Shown: piece by piece, positions 1 through 8,334 of the stretch
Numbering within the stretch: the first letter of the stretch is position 1
How the letters are laid out: each line of letters opens with the position of its first letter
Origin: a virus
Virus record (IMG/VR): IMGVR_UViG_3300033475_000089
Strand: one strand, 5' to 3'
DNA: 38,009 nt
Notes under the pieces: generated by a model
Told to the model about the DNA's origin: nothing
Database searches by the model: none
The model's input: only the letters and a program-made list of their open reading frames with translations
Position numbers and translations under genes: made by a program

Positions 1-127
1 TTCAGTTTGCTGGCTGTTATTTAGTAGCGTAGGATAGGACTATGGCATATAAACAAAAAAAGCCAGTTTTAGTAACTGAAGGTGGTTTAAATACAACAAC
101 ACTAACTTCTGGTCAAATAGTTGTTGG
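1..127. repeat. Terminal direct repeat, left copy (circular-closure overlap)
   Basis: Bases 1-127 recur base for base at 37883-38009, and the window ends exactly where the repeat ends. The ATG at 42 corresponds to the ATG at 37924. Confidence 0.95.
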
Positions 128-554
128 TGCTGGTACATCTGCGCCAACAGGACTTAACTATACTTCGTCAACTTCCTGGACACCGGTGTTGCAGTTTGGT
201 GGTGCTTCGGTAGGTATTACGTATAGTACGCAAACAGGTGTTTATTGGCAGGTTGGTAAACTTGTCTTTTTGGACCTTACTATTGTCTTGAGTAGCAAAG
301 GAACTTCAGTAGGTAATGCGACCATAGTAATATCTGGGCCGCCTGCAGCGGAAACGACTATTTCTTCAGTACCTTTTAAGTTTACTTATAGTAATATTGC
401 ATTCGTTGGAATACCAGGAGGAAGATTAATTACCTCTTCGCTCACATTAAGTGGTGAAGATTATAGAAGTAATAATTCTGCGTTAAGTTTAACAAACACA
501 TCTTTTACCAATACATCTGTTGTGCGTGTGAGTGGTTGTTATTTAGCTGCTTAA
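42..554 (+). CDS. Tail-fibre family protein, MAYK-type N-terminus, tandem paralogue of 37414..37914
   Basis: 170 aa. It shares MAYK..P.PV.EGG, TSTSWTPVLQFGG..GITYSTQ and ISGPPAA blocks with the 166-aa ORF at 37414. The C-terminal third diverges. Confidence 0.8.
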   Translation: MAYKQKKPVLVTEGGLNTTTLTSGQIVVGAGTSAPTGLNYTSSTSWTPVLQFGGASVGITYSTQTGVYWQVGKLVFLDLTIVLSSKGTSVGNATIVISGPPAAETTISSVPFKFTYSNIAFVGIPGGRLITSSLTLSGEDYRSNNSALSLTNTSFTNTSVVRVSGCYLAA

Positions 555-578
555 GAGTTGCAGAACTAGAAGCTAAAG
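555..578 (+). repeat. 24-nt remnant of an S74-type fibre gene 3' end, direct repeat of 36827..36850
   Basis: gagttgcagaactagaagctaaag versus gagttacagaactagaagctaaat, 22/24 identical. It translates as RVAELEAKV*, compared with RVTELEAK* at the end of 35965..36852. Confidence 0.8.
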
Positions 579-637
579 TATAAAATAGAATTGCATTATA
601 TATCCTCCTCATTGGATATAATAATCTCAATACTACC

Positions 638-676
638 GCCCCATATGTACTCCAATCCATATGGGGCGTTTATTTT
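638..676 (+). terminator. Rho-independent terminator after the last fibre gene
   Basis: 10-bp perfect stem, gccccatatg (638-647) with catatggggc (658-667), followed by gtttatttt. Confidence 0.8.
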
Positions 677-684
677 AAAAAGAA

Positions 685-710
685 CATCCCCCACGGTTAA
701 GTAGGGGATG
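685..710 (-). terminator. Candidate terminator for the minus-strand early operon
   Basis: Stem catcccc (685-691) with ggggatg (704-710). Read on the minus strand it is followed by ttcttttt. A second small hairpin lies at 728-742. Confidence 0.45.
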
Positions 711-757
711 AGCAAGTGCGTTTAACCATCCCTAAAGGATGCGCTTAAGACCAAGAG

Positions 758-952
758 TTAATTCTTTAATATAAAGTTAACGACCAATATAATGATAATT
801 ACAGCTAAAAGTGGTACCCACTGTAAATTATCAGGATCTTTTCTTCCTATAGCTGTATAGAGACATTTCGGTTTACAATAAAACTTACCATTTAACATGA
901 CTTCGTGATCTATTTTAGGTCCGTTACAGGTAGCACATTTAATTTTTTGCAT
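758..952 (-). CDS. Small Cys4 (CxxC...CxxxC) protein with a C-terminal transmembrane anchor
   Basis: 64 aa: CATCNGP...YCKPKC followed by WVPLLAVIIIILVVNFIL. Its start overlaps the stop of the erf gene. Confidence 0.6.
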   Translation of the reverse strand: MQKIKCATCNGPKIDHEVMLNGKFYCKPKCLYTAIGRKDPDNLQWVPLLAVIIIILVVNFILKN

Positions 953-1685
953 ATATCTGTTTCTGTTTACGTATCTTCGTTATAACATCTCTATACAAAC
1001 TCTCAGGAAGCTCGGAAAGATTGCTAATATTGTAGCTATCAAGAAGCTTCTTACACAGCTGAGGTAATCCCTTAAGTTCCTCATTCAATTCATTTAACTG
1101 AAACGTCGTTACTGTTTCGGGAGATTCATCATTGCGATCATAATCCATATTAATCTTAGTTGCTCCCGGATCAGCAAGACGCAACTTGTTCTCTTCAAAT
1201 TCCGCATCATCATCCTCGGGATCATTATGCAATGTTACACCCAACAATGCCTGCAAACAGTATCTACGGGCATAGGTGCTTACCGATCCCCACTCTTGCT
1301 GGCCTGCCTTTAAGGGACAAATAAGGTACTTGGATTGAATAAACTGTCCACTACTATGAGCAAGACGGGTGTACACATAGGAACGATTATCTACTGCTCG
1401 TATCTGCTGTAGAACGGAAAGCTCATACTTACTTAAGGGAGCTCGTGTACCCTGTACAATCGCATCCAAGTTGCCATACTCAGTCTTATGGAATGGATTG
1501 AGCTTATTCACCTTAATACGGGGAAATTCACCCTGGGCTTTTGCCAACGCTGCATAGAGTTCATTGGTCTGTGCAGATTCATATATGTCAATGTCGTCAT
1601 TCGTCAATCTATCTATGATGGGCTTTATCATCGCTTTTAAAGAGATAATCTCTTTAAGTATTACTTCTACATCTACTGCGTTCAT
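939..1685 (-). CDS. erf: ERF-family single-strand annealing recombinase
   Basis: 248 aa. ERF-like blocks: YAALAKAQGEFPRI, NPFHKTEYGNLDAI, LAHSSGQF and WGSVSTYARRYCLQALLGV. Confidence 0.8.
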   Translation of the reverse strand: MNAVDVEVILKEIISLKAMIKPIIDRLTNDDIDIYESAQTNELYAALAKAQGEFPRIKVNKLNPFHKTEYGNLDAIVQGTRAPLSKYELSVLQQIRAVDNRSYVYTRLAHSSGQFIQSKYLICPLKAGQQEWGSVSTYARRYCLQALLGVTLHNDPEDDDAEFEENKLRLADPGATKINMDYDRNDESPETVTTFQLNELNEELKGLPQLCKKLLDSYNISNLSELPESLYRDVITKIRKQKQIYAKN

Positions 1686-1700
1686 CTCTACTCTTTCTTT

Positions 1701-2183
1701 TTATGCTTTATACTCCACTAACTGATCTACTAATTTTTCACATTCTTTTTTAACAAAGTCTATATTTTTATAGGTATCTATATTTGTATTACAACTAGTT
1801 GGATATATTTTATACAATATTTCTAATGCATCGAATATTTGAGAGGCTTTATCTTTTTCTTCATCGGTTGCTTTATCTAATTTATCTTTATAAAACCACT
1901 CACGATCCAATGATAATGGAGCAATATCTCCCAGGTGAGCGCAGTCAAATCCAATTGCCCATTTATCCTGGCCCTTTAAATTCCCCGAATAAGTAAGACC
2001 ACCATGGACATCGAAGTTTTCATTCATCTGATCATTATAAAGTTTACCATATAACTTATGCCCGTCTGGGATAAACACATATCCATTAAGAGCACCAACA
2101 GGTCCCCTTAATATCAAGCATTTATACCCTTTGTATTCAAATTCTAATTCATTAGGCTCATTACGCCATTCTTGTTCAATCAT
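1701..2183 (-). CDS. Hypothetical protein
   Basis: 160-aa ORF in the early operon, tightly spaced with its neighbours. It contains HGGLTYSG and GFDCAHLGD motifs of unknown family. Confidence 0.7.
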   Translation of the reverse strand: MIEQEWRNEPNELEFEYKGYKCLILRGPVGALNGYVFIPDGHKLYGKLYNDQMNENFDVHGGLTYSGNLKGQDKWAIGFDCAHLGDIAPLSLDREWFYKDKLDKATDEEKDKASQIFDALEILYKIYPTSCNTNIDTYKNIDFVKKECEKLVDQLVEYKA

Positions 2184-2267
2184 TATCTACCTTTATTTAA
2201 GTCCCACGGGGGTGGAGGGTTATCTCCTACCCCTATAGAACAACTAAGGAAAAAACAGTTCTTATAG

Positions 2268-2516
2268 TTAACTTTGTATGGCTTTGCCTTTAAGCTTTAA
2301 TACGATATTTAATGATTTACTACAATATATATCATCGCAAGGAGTTTTATGCGGCAATGAAGCATGAAAAAATGTAAGCATAGTTTCTAGTTCTTTATCA
2401 GATAATAAATGCCGATGTTTTTCAATATTAAATGTTCCTACATAATAGGGATCTTTAAATTTTAATATTCCTGCATTTTCAAGTCGCTCTATCGAATCAC
2501 CTAAATCAAAAATCAT
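2268..2516 (-). CDS. Hypothetical protein
   Basis: 82-aa ORF, co-oriented with the early operon. Confidence 0.6.
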   Translation of the reverse strand: MIFDLGDSIERLENAGILKFKDPYYVGTFNIEKHRHLLSDKELETMLTFFHASLPHKTPCDDIYCSKSLNIVLKLKGKAIQS

Positions 2517-2542
2517 GATATCCCTTTTAACTAAAATAGTTC

Positions 2543-2905
2543 TTACAATGAATATTGCGTCTTTAGGTGAGCAATATAATCTTCAATTAATTTATCAATG
2601 TGAGGGCTTAATTTCACTCTATGTTCTAGTTTTAATTGTCGTATATTCTTCTGTACTATTTCATTGGTTTCGACATTATCTACAGTCACTATAGCCTGCC
2701 AGGATTTACAATCACCAAATCCTTTTTGGATAGAAATAGAATAAAGAAAATTACCGCCATCATCAGGAACATTCCAAGTAAATGGTAAAAGAACACTTTT
2801 ACCATTCTTTAAATATTCATCAAATTCAACAATAGGACGCGTTATTTCATCTCTTCTTTGATGAAGATCATCGGTGCAGTTCTTTAGTTTGTCCAATGGA
2901 TTCAT
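2543..2905 (-). CDS. Hypothetical protein
   Basis: 120-aa ORF, co-oriented with the early operon. Confidence 0.65.
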   Translation of the reverse strand: MNPLDKLKNCTDDLHQRRDEITRPIVEFDEYLKNGKSVLLPFTWNVPDDGGNFLYSISIQKGFGDCKSWQAIVTVDNVETNEIVQKNIRQLKLEHRVKLSPHIDKLIEDYIAHLKTQYSL

Positions 2906-2947
2906 CGTATGTCCTATCGTTTATGAAATATTAATCATACGAAAACT

Positions 2948-3133
2948 TTATTGCACTATAAGATTATTTTCATTTTTTTCTTTTACTTCTTTACAGTCTT
3001 CTTCTATTTCACTGGAATTACCTGAAACTATGTGATCTAAAAAATTCATATGTTTTTTTATGAACTCAAGACGCTCTTGACCATCAAGTATTTCACCTTC
3101 TGAATTGATGATAACTTTGCTGAATTTTTCCAT
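2948..3133 (-). CDS. Hypothetical protein (start trimmed to an internal ATG)
   Basis: The track ORF 2948..3229 overlaps its upstream gene by 58 nt. The ATG at 3133 (MEKFSKV...) has a GAAGG RBS and removes the overlap. Confidence 0.55.
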   Translation of the reverse strand: MEKFSKVIINSEGEILDGQERLEFIKKHMNFLDHIVSGNSSEIEEDCKEVKEKNENNLIVQ

Positions 3134-3171
3134 ATATTTTATACCTTCTTTATTGAATACCGTTTTATAAC

Positions 3172-3543
3172 TTATAATAAATCTTGGAATGCATCTATGA
3201 CTGCGGTTGATGCATGGGTGAGCTTCCAATAAGCAGAGGATTCACTGCGATAGGTATCAAGATCTATATCTTGATAACCAGGAACATGTAATTCGCATAT
3301 AAACTTGTAATCCACATTGCCCTTACGTTCAACCAATTCGAATTTAAAGTCACCGCCATAGGCATTCTTATGATCCGAGAGCTCAGCAAGTTGTGCCTTA
3401 AGCTTCTTTTCGGTTGCTTCCCATTCCTTGCGCCATTGTATAGCGTTGTAGAGCTCGTGGGCTACTTCAATCCATTGTGTATCTTGTTTGGTTAATTCTT
3501 GAGCAAATTCAGCTGAATAGTTTGGTGTGTTTCTGATTTCCAT
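3172..3543 (-). CDS. Hypothetical protein, coiled-coil N-terminus
   Basis: 123-aa ORF. Its start lies 2 nt downstream of the preceding gene's stop. Confidence 0.7.
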   Translation of the reverse strand: MEIRNTPNYSAEFAQELTKQDTQWIEVAHELYNAIQWRKEWEATEKKLKAQLAELSDHKNAYGGDFKFELVERKGNVDYKFICELHVPGYQDIDLDTYRSESSAYWKLTHASTAVIDAFQDLL

Positions 3544-3544
3544 C

Positions 3545-3841
3545 TTATTTCTTCCAATAGTTTTGAGGTTTTATGCGTCGATCCATTGCTTCATATTCAT
3601 GGTCGTCTACTTCCATAGGACATAGACAAACTTCATGCTTTATGTGTAGTTCTGCAAAGTGTACAAGCATATGTTTCCAAAGCTCTTTATCTTTGCGCAT
3701 ATCTTCATGACGCATCATACCTATACCATCAAAGACACCATTTGAATGCTCCAAGGCTTCATGTACTGCCTGAATATCTGCAAGCTCTTGGGGTGTGAAT
3801 ATTGCACCTTCGATCCCCAATCCATCAAGAATTATTTTCAT
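3545..3841 (-). CDS. Hypothetical protein, first gene of the leftward early operon
   Basis: 98-aa ORF with an AAGGGA RBS, about 45 nt downstream of the leftward promoter. Confidence 0.7.
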   Translation of the reverse strand: MKIILDGLGIEGAIFTPQELADIQAVHEALEHSNGVFDGIGMMRHEDMRKDKELWKHMLVHFAELHIKHEVCLCPMEVDDHEYEAMDRRIKPQNYWKK

Positions 3842-3884
3842 AGTTTTTCCCTTACATAGAATGATTAATTTAACACTTAACTAT

Positions 3885-3913
3885 ATATTATTATATAATT
3901 TTAATGTTGTCAA
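3885..3913 (-). promoter_or_regulatory. Sigma70-like leftward early promoter
   Basis: Minus-strand TTGACA (3913-3908), 17-nt spacer, TAATAT (3890-3885). Confidence 0.6.
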
Positions 3914-3928
3914 CAACTTATATATAAT

Positions 3929-3957
3929 TTTACATTCTTCATAAAGTATATTATAAT
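3929..3957 (+). promoter_or_regulatory. Sigma70-like rightward early promoter
   Basis: TTTACA (3929-3934), 17-nt spacer, TATAAT (3952-3957), 26 nt upstream of the ATG at 3983. Confidence 0.65.
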
Positions 3958-3982
3958 AGATATGTATTAATGAAAGGATATA

Positions 3983-4222
3983 ATGTTTAATATAAAAACA
4001 TTCAAAGAACTGCACGACCAGCCACATCTGATACGGGAAGCATTCTTCCAGGTTATGACACGTGCTGGGCTTACGGTGAGCGAAGTGAGTAGGCAAACGG
4101 GGATAACGACCGTTACCTTACATAACTTCATGACAGAACGAAAGAAAGCACAGCTGAAGACAATGAGTAAGCTGTTGCATTGGATGGAAACTAACTACGG
4201 GGAGAGAATAGATGGACTATAA
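3983..4222 (+). CDS. Cro/CI-type helix-turn-helix transcriptional regulator
   Basis: 79 aa with the HTH-like segment LTVSEVSRQTGITTVTLHNFMT. It is the first gene downstream of the divergent promoter region. Confidence 0.65.
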   Translation: MFNIKTFKELHDQPHLIREAFFQVMTRAGLTVSEVSRQTGITTVTLHNFMTERKKAQLKTMSKLLHWMETNYGERIDGL

Positions 4223-4577
4223 AAAGAATATGGCTACCGCCATATTACATGCATACGGGATAAATAAGTATCACTACGATCGTTTAGTTGCTGAGGCTAA
4301 TACATTAGACCTGAAGACAAAAGAAGGGCATGATGCCTGGATTATGACGTTCTTTCAAGCCGGATGTTTTCTTAAGAGTGCTATGGATTATACGGCTGCC
4401 TTACAGGCTAAGGGTGGACCATTTGTAGGTTTCTTACAGGAAGATAATGAGCTTGCCGCTAATGTGAATGCAGCAATAGAGTACTTCAAGAAGAACTATG
4501 AAGATTGGAACAAAGTAATAGATAAGATGGAACAAGAGAGAACCCAACAAGAGAAGGACACAGATGTCATTCAATAG
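4212..4577 (+). CDS. Hypothetical protein
   Basis: 121-aa ORF with a GGAGAG RBS. It overlaps both neighbours by a few codons, which suggests translational coupling. Confidence 0.7.
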   Translation: MDYKKNMATAILHAYGINKYHYDRLVAEANTLDLKTKEGHDAWIMTFFQAGCFLKSAMDYTAALQAKGGPFVGFLQEDNELAANVNAAIEYFKKNYEDWNKVIDKMEQERTQQEKDTDVIQ

Positions 4578-4959
4578 ATTACAACTACAAGGCAGATTAG
4601 AGAAGCATCCAGAAGTAAAAATGATGAAAGATTTTAAGATGGCTACCTTGTTTCTACAAGTAAGAAACAACAAGGACCAGATAGAAACGTTCGAAATTAC
4701 TGCCTGGGGTAAGACTGCTGAATGGGCAGAAAAGAACTGTGAAAAGGGTTCTATTATCTCTATGGAGGGTAAAGTAGGGATATCTTCTTGGGGTGAAGGT
4801 GAAAATAAGAAATCTAAGATACGCATTACAGCAGATAAGTTAAACTTCTGTAGATGTCATATGGATCAAGCTCAGGAGGTTGCACCAGCGGTAGCACCCA
4901 AGCCAGTTCCCCAAAAGGCTCCCGATGTTACTGCTGACTTTGATGAGTTACCTTTTTAA
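4564..4959 (+). CDS. ssb: Single-stranded DNA-binding protein
   Basis: 131 aa. OB-fold-like N-terminus (LQLQGRL...PEVK....ATLFLQV), a Pro/Ala linker, and the acidic tip DFDELPF resembling the canonical SSB C-terminal D-D-D-I-P-F. Confidence 0.8.
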   Translation: MSFNRLQLQGRLEKHPEVKMMKDFKMATLFLQVRNNKDQIETFEITAWGKTAEWAEKNCEKGSIISMEGKVGISSWGEGENKKSKIRITADKLNFCRCHMDQAQEVAPAVAPKPVPQKAPDVTADFDELPF

Positions 4960-4983
4960 GAGACCTAATTATTGGGGATAATA

Positions 4984-5433
4984 ATGAAAGAGCTTTTTAA
5001 GGAAACTATATTCCGTATGTATATTGATAAAGACCAAGAATATTTGGCTTTTAGATTAATGTGCGGAAGTAATGATTATGTTATTTATCGAGCGGATGCG
5101 GGTTGTTGTTCTAAGTCTTGGTTTGAATCTATCTCTAATCCTGAATATCTTATAGGAAATGAGGTTATAGGAATAGAAGAGAAAGTAGAAAGAGAAGAAA
5201 CGGTACCAGAAACTGCTGAAATGGTAGAAAAAACTCTACGTATATATGGATATACATTAAAGACAGCGCAGGGTTACACTGATATTGAATTCCGTAATGA
5301 AAGTAATGGCTATTATGGAGGAAGGTGCGATCTGGTTGATGATCCGGAGTTAAAGGTAACTAGAGTAGCACCTGATCAGATTCAACTTTCTTTTGGCGAA
5401 CAAGGCAGTAAGATCATTCTATATCAGGTTTAA
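4984..5433 (+). CDS. Hypothetical protein
   Basis: The track ORF begins at a TTG at 4972. The ATG at 4984 (MKELFKE...) follows a GGGGA RBS. Confidence 0.65.
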   Translation: MKELFKETIFRMYIDKDQEYLAFRLMCGSNDYVIYRADAGCCSKSWFESISNPEYLIGNEVIGIEEKVEREETVPETAEMVEKTLRIYGYTLKTAQGYTDIEFRNESNGYYGGRCDLVDDPELKVTRVAPDQIQLSFGEQGSKIILYQV

Positions 5434-5558
5434 ACAAATTCCACTGTTGCCAAAAAAGAGCTTTAGGTATACCCTTATTTCTATATAAGTATAAATAAAA
5501 ACTCGGGCTCCCGATATAAATATCAAGAGCCCTAAAATTTTTAACTGTATGACAAAAT

Positions 5559-6338
5559 GTGTTTCCCGCACGTCATACCGAAAGGATTCAAAATGAATAT
5601 CACCCAGAACATATCAACTTACCGGAGGTATTTCATTTGAAGCATCTAAATTCTATCTTACCCTCATGCATAAGTCAACTACATTCTGCAAAAAACGCTG
5701 TAGTTACGCCAAAAAACCAATCAAACAGCCATAAACGTTACAATAAAAGATTAACTCCACAACAATGGCAGGAAAAAGAGCTCAGGCCTTTTGAGTTAGA
5801 GAATGAGTTAGTTCATCATATAACGAATAAACATGAGACATATCAAAAGCTAGTTAATGACCTTATATATCTATCAGCTCAGGGAATTATCATTGAAGTA
5901 AGCCAAGCATGGATAGCTGAACGCTTAGATATCTGTCTACGCCAGGCCAATAGACTTGTTGCTAACATGAAGGATGAAAAAGTAGGTGATACGTATACCC
6001 GTGGTATGGAGATGACAGCCATCACAAGATTAACGCCGATGTTAGCCAGACCATCCATATGGGCCAAGCTCCAAGATGTTCTACCGGTATGCAAATCATT
6101 AACCAAGGGTCTTATTCTTTATGTAGGATTACTCAGTTCTCCCAAAACCCTCTCTAAATGGGCACATGTCGTAGGATTAAAGAATAATTATTTATATATA
6201 AATAAAGAATATAAGAAGAATATACCTAGTACTCCTAAAATCATACAAGAAGAACCAAAAACTGGGCCACCTAAGGTGGCAGCTACCGCAGAGGAAGCAA
6301 AAAGGATAATTGACGCCTTCCTTGCTACATTGGGATAG
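5559..6338 (+). CDS. Putative DNA-binding or replication-associated protein; start uncertain
   Basis: 259-aa frame opening at a GTG. It has an HTH-like segment, VSQAWIAERLDICLRQANRLVANM. No convincing RBS or ATG lies near the 5' end, so the true start may be downstream. Confidence 0.45.
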   Translation: MFPARHTERIQNEYHPEHINLPEVFHLKHLNSILPSCISQLHSAKNAVVTPKNQSNSHKRYNKRLTPQQWQEKELRPFELENELVHHITNKHETYQKLVNDLIYLSAQGIIIEVSQAWIAERLDICLRQANRLVANMKDEKVGDTYTRGMEMTAITRLTPMLARPSIWAKLQDVLPVCKSLTKGLILYVGLLSSPKTLSKWAHVVGLKNNYLYINKEYKKNIPSTPKIIQEEPKTGPPKVAATAEEAKRIIDAFLATLG

Positions 6339-6510
6339 CGCCCAAAAAGATTGATTATGTAAATTGTAAGAGCGCTATCGATCTGTCGCTTTCGGGAGGA
6401 TAACTGCCTGCCCGGGCCCCGCCACATTTCCCCTTTTGTTGGTTGTTTTTCGGTCTGCTGTGTTGTAACCTACACAGTAAGCAGACTAAGACTTTAAAAA
6501 AGGAGTTACT

Positions 6511-6969
6511 ATGTTGGCACGCAGTTACTTAAAGGTAATACCCACCCCCGAGTTCCGCCCCACCCCCTCCCAAGTTGATCCCTATGCACAAGTGTATGTA
6601 GTTCAAGGTGATCCCGTACCCCTTGCTCGTGCTCGCTCTTCAGGCAATCGTATGTATGATTCTCAAAAGAATATTAAACAGTTCATACGTATATCACTTG
6701 AAGGACAACACAACCAGCAAATGTATAAAGGTCCAGTTATATTAGATATACGTTTCTATCTTGAGCTCCCTAAGCGTAAGATGCATCCCCATCACACACC
6801 CTTAGGGCCTCACTTCTTTAAACCCGATCTATCTAACCTGATTAAGATGTATGAGGATGTATGCACCGGCCTACTTTTACAAGACGATGCCCAGATAGCA
6901 ACAATTATTGCCCATAAGTATTATGATTACGTTCCCAGAACAGAATTTTCAATTATAGAGATTAAATAA
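6511..6969 (+). CDS. rusA: RusA-family Holliday junction resolvase
   Basis: 152 aa with GDPVPLARAR and KPDLSNLIKMYEDVCTGLLLQDDAQI, matching the RusA signature (K)PD.DN..K...D.L.......DD.QI. AAGGAG RBS. Confidence 0.75.
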   Translation: MLARSYLKVIPTPEFRPTPSQVDPYAQVYVVQGDPVPLARARSSGNRMYDSQKNIKQFIRISLEGQHNQQMYKGPVILDIRFYLELPKRKMHPHHTPLGPHFFKPDLSNLIKMYEDVCTGLLLQDDAQIATIIAHKYYDYVPRTEFSIIEIK

Positions 6970-7500
6970 ATGGCAGATACTAAAAAAAGAACTACGAAAA
7001 AGAAAGAGGAGGCTATCAAATCAGTAGGAAAGCAAGAGCCTACTTTTTGGGAAGCTTTTGCTATGCGACATCAGCCCCCATCTCAACATTATATTGAATC
7101 GATAGCTCGACGAATGATAGCTTGGTCTGAACTTCCCGATAGTTATATCTTAACCAAGTTTATGGTCACGCTCCCTCATGCACCAAAACAAATATATGAT
7201 TGGGCAAAAGATTGGCCCCAGATTGAATATGCTTTGGACGTAGCTCGTGCAAACATAGCTGCGCGTAGAGAAGAGAGAGCGGCCGCAAGCAACCAAGACT
7301 ATTATAAAATATATGAGCGTAACCAGGCTGTGTATGATATGCCTTACCGTGATCTTATTAAATGGCGTGAGGATATTAAACCTAAGGCGCAAGAGAGTGG
7401 CCCGACAACTGTTAATGTAATGGTGCCTGAGTTTGCCACAACAGATATAGTCCCCGATGTTAGAAAACCTATCGGATCAGCAGGAAAGGCTACCGGATGA
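6970..7500 (+). CDS. Possible terminase small subunit or DNA-binding protein
   Basis: 176 aa with a basic N-terminus. The segment PKQIYDWAKDWPQIEYALDVARANIAARRE resembles the HTH region of small terminases. It lies 1 kb upstream of terL. Confidence 0.4.
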   Translation: MADTKKRTTKKKEEAIKSVGKQEPTFWEAFAMRHQPPSQHYIESIARRMIAWSELPDSYILTKFMVTLPHAPKQIYDWAKDWPQIEYALDVARANIAARREERAAASNQDYYKIYERNQAVYDMPYRDLIKWREDIKPKAQESGPTTVNVMVPEFATTDIVPDVRKPIGSAGKATG

Positions 7501-7667
7501 AAGAAAATTTAGTAAGAAGAGATCCCAATAAAGTATATCCCCAAGGCAAAGGATGGCCAGGAGCTACCTGTTCTGATTGTTCCAAAGATGTATCCCATGG
7601 ATTCATCTATAAAGAAAAAGATCCTGAGATAAGATGGTGTCTTGATTGTGCGTTAAAGGATAGATAA
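7497..7667 (+). CDS. Small Cys4 zinc-ribbon-like protein (below the track cutoff)
   Basis: 56 aa, MKENLVRRDP...CSDC...CLDC. ATGA overlap with the upstream stop and TAATG overlap with the next start. Confidence 0.55.
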   Translation: MKENLVRRDPNKVYPQGKGWPGATCSDCSKDVSHGFIYKEKDPEIRWCLDCALKDR

Positions 7668-7873
7668 TGAGCTGGGCACACATGATTAAATCAAATTGTA
7701 GAGTGTGCAATAAAGAAGCATACTTTCGCTGTGATTCTGATGGGAATATCTCAGAAATGGGACCTGATGGCTATCCATTAAAGGGTAGATGCGGAGAATG
7801 TTATGACATTTGGTTCTACAATGAATTTAATAATGGTGTTAATCCTAATAGGAGAAAGTATGATAACGACTAA
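7667..7873 (+). CDS. Small Cys-rich zinc-ribbon-like protein
   Basis: 68 aa containing CRVC...C and CGEC. Confidence 0.6.
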   Translation: MSWAHMIKSNCRVCNKEAYFRCDSDGNISEMGPDGYPLKGRCGECYDIWFYNEFNNGVNPNRRKYDND

Positions 7874-8144
7874 AGAAGAACATCTACAAGATAGAATCGA
7901 TCGTCCTAACTATTGGAAATTCAGGGATGCTCTTACTGCTATAAAAGATCATCATACACAACAAACTATAGAGCTATGTGAGTTAAAAGGTCATCGCAAA
8001 GGAAGAACCAAATTGATGGAATGTAGTTGTTATGAAGGCATGTACGAATTGTTTAGCAATGCGGGATCTCTCTGGGAGTTTGTAGACGTAAGAGAACAAA
8101 CTAAAGAACCCTATGAACCACACATGAAGGAAGATGGTGAGTAA
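7860..8144 (+). CDS. Hypothetical protein (start trimmed)
   Basis: The ATG at 7860 (MITTKEEH...) follows a GGAGA RBS. The track start at 7803 would overlap the upstream gene by 71 nt. Confidence 0.6.
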   Translation: MITTKEEHLQDRIDRPNYWKFRDALTAIKDHHTQQTIELCELKGHRKGRTKLMECSCYEGMYELFSNAGSLWEFVDVREQTKEPYEPHMKEDGE

Positions 8145-8334
8145 AGATTTTAATTTAACCATCTATTCCTGTGGTCATGAATGCAATATGGGCAATTGTG
8201 AAGATAAAGAATTCGCCATGCATATAAAAGTATTTATATGCCCTACTACCAAGCTTAACTTAGAAAAACATTTCGATCTGGTACGTATTTTATCGTTACA
8301 GGATTGCAAGGAGTGGTTGGAATATGAAAGTTAA
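8134..8334 (+). CDS. Small Cys-rich protein, tandem paralogue of 8324..8551
   Basis: Shares C..(E)C....CE(D/E)K........I.IC and (D)(C/F)KEWLE(Y/E)E blocks with the next ORF. Confidence 0.6.
   Translation: MVSKDFNLTIYSCGHECNMGNCEDKEFAMHIKVFICPTTKLNLEKHFDLVRILSLQDCKEWLEYES

Noticed and set aside
1-127. Terminal repeats as prophage att sites or transposon ends
   Set aside because: The repeats lie inside and upstream of a fibre gene that continues seamlessly across the junction, and there is no integrase or transposase. A circular assembly overlap explains them fully.
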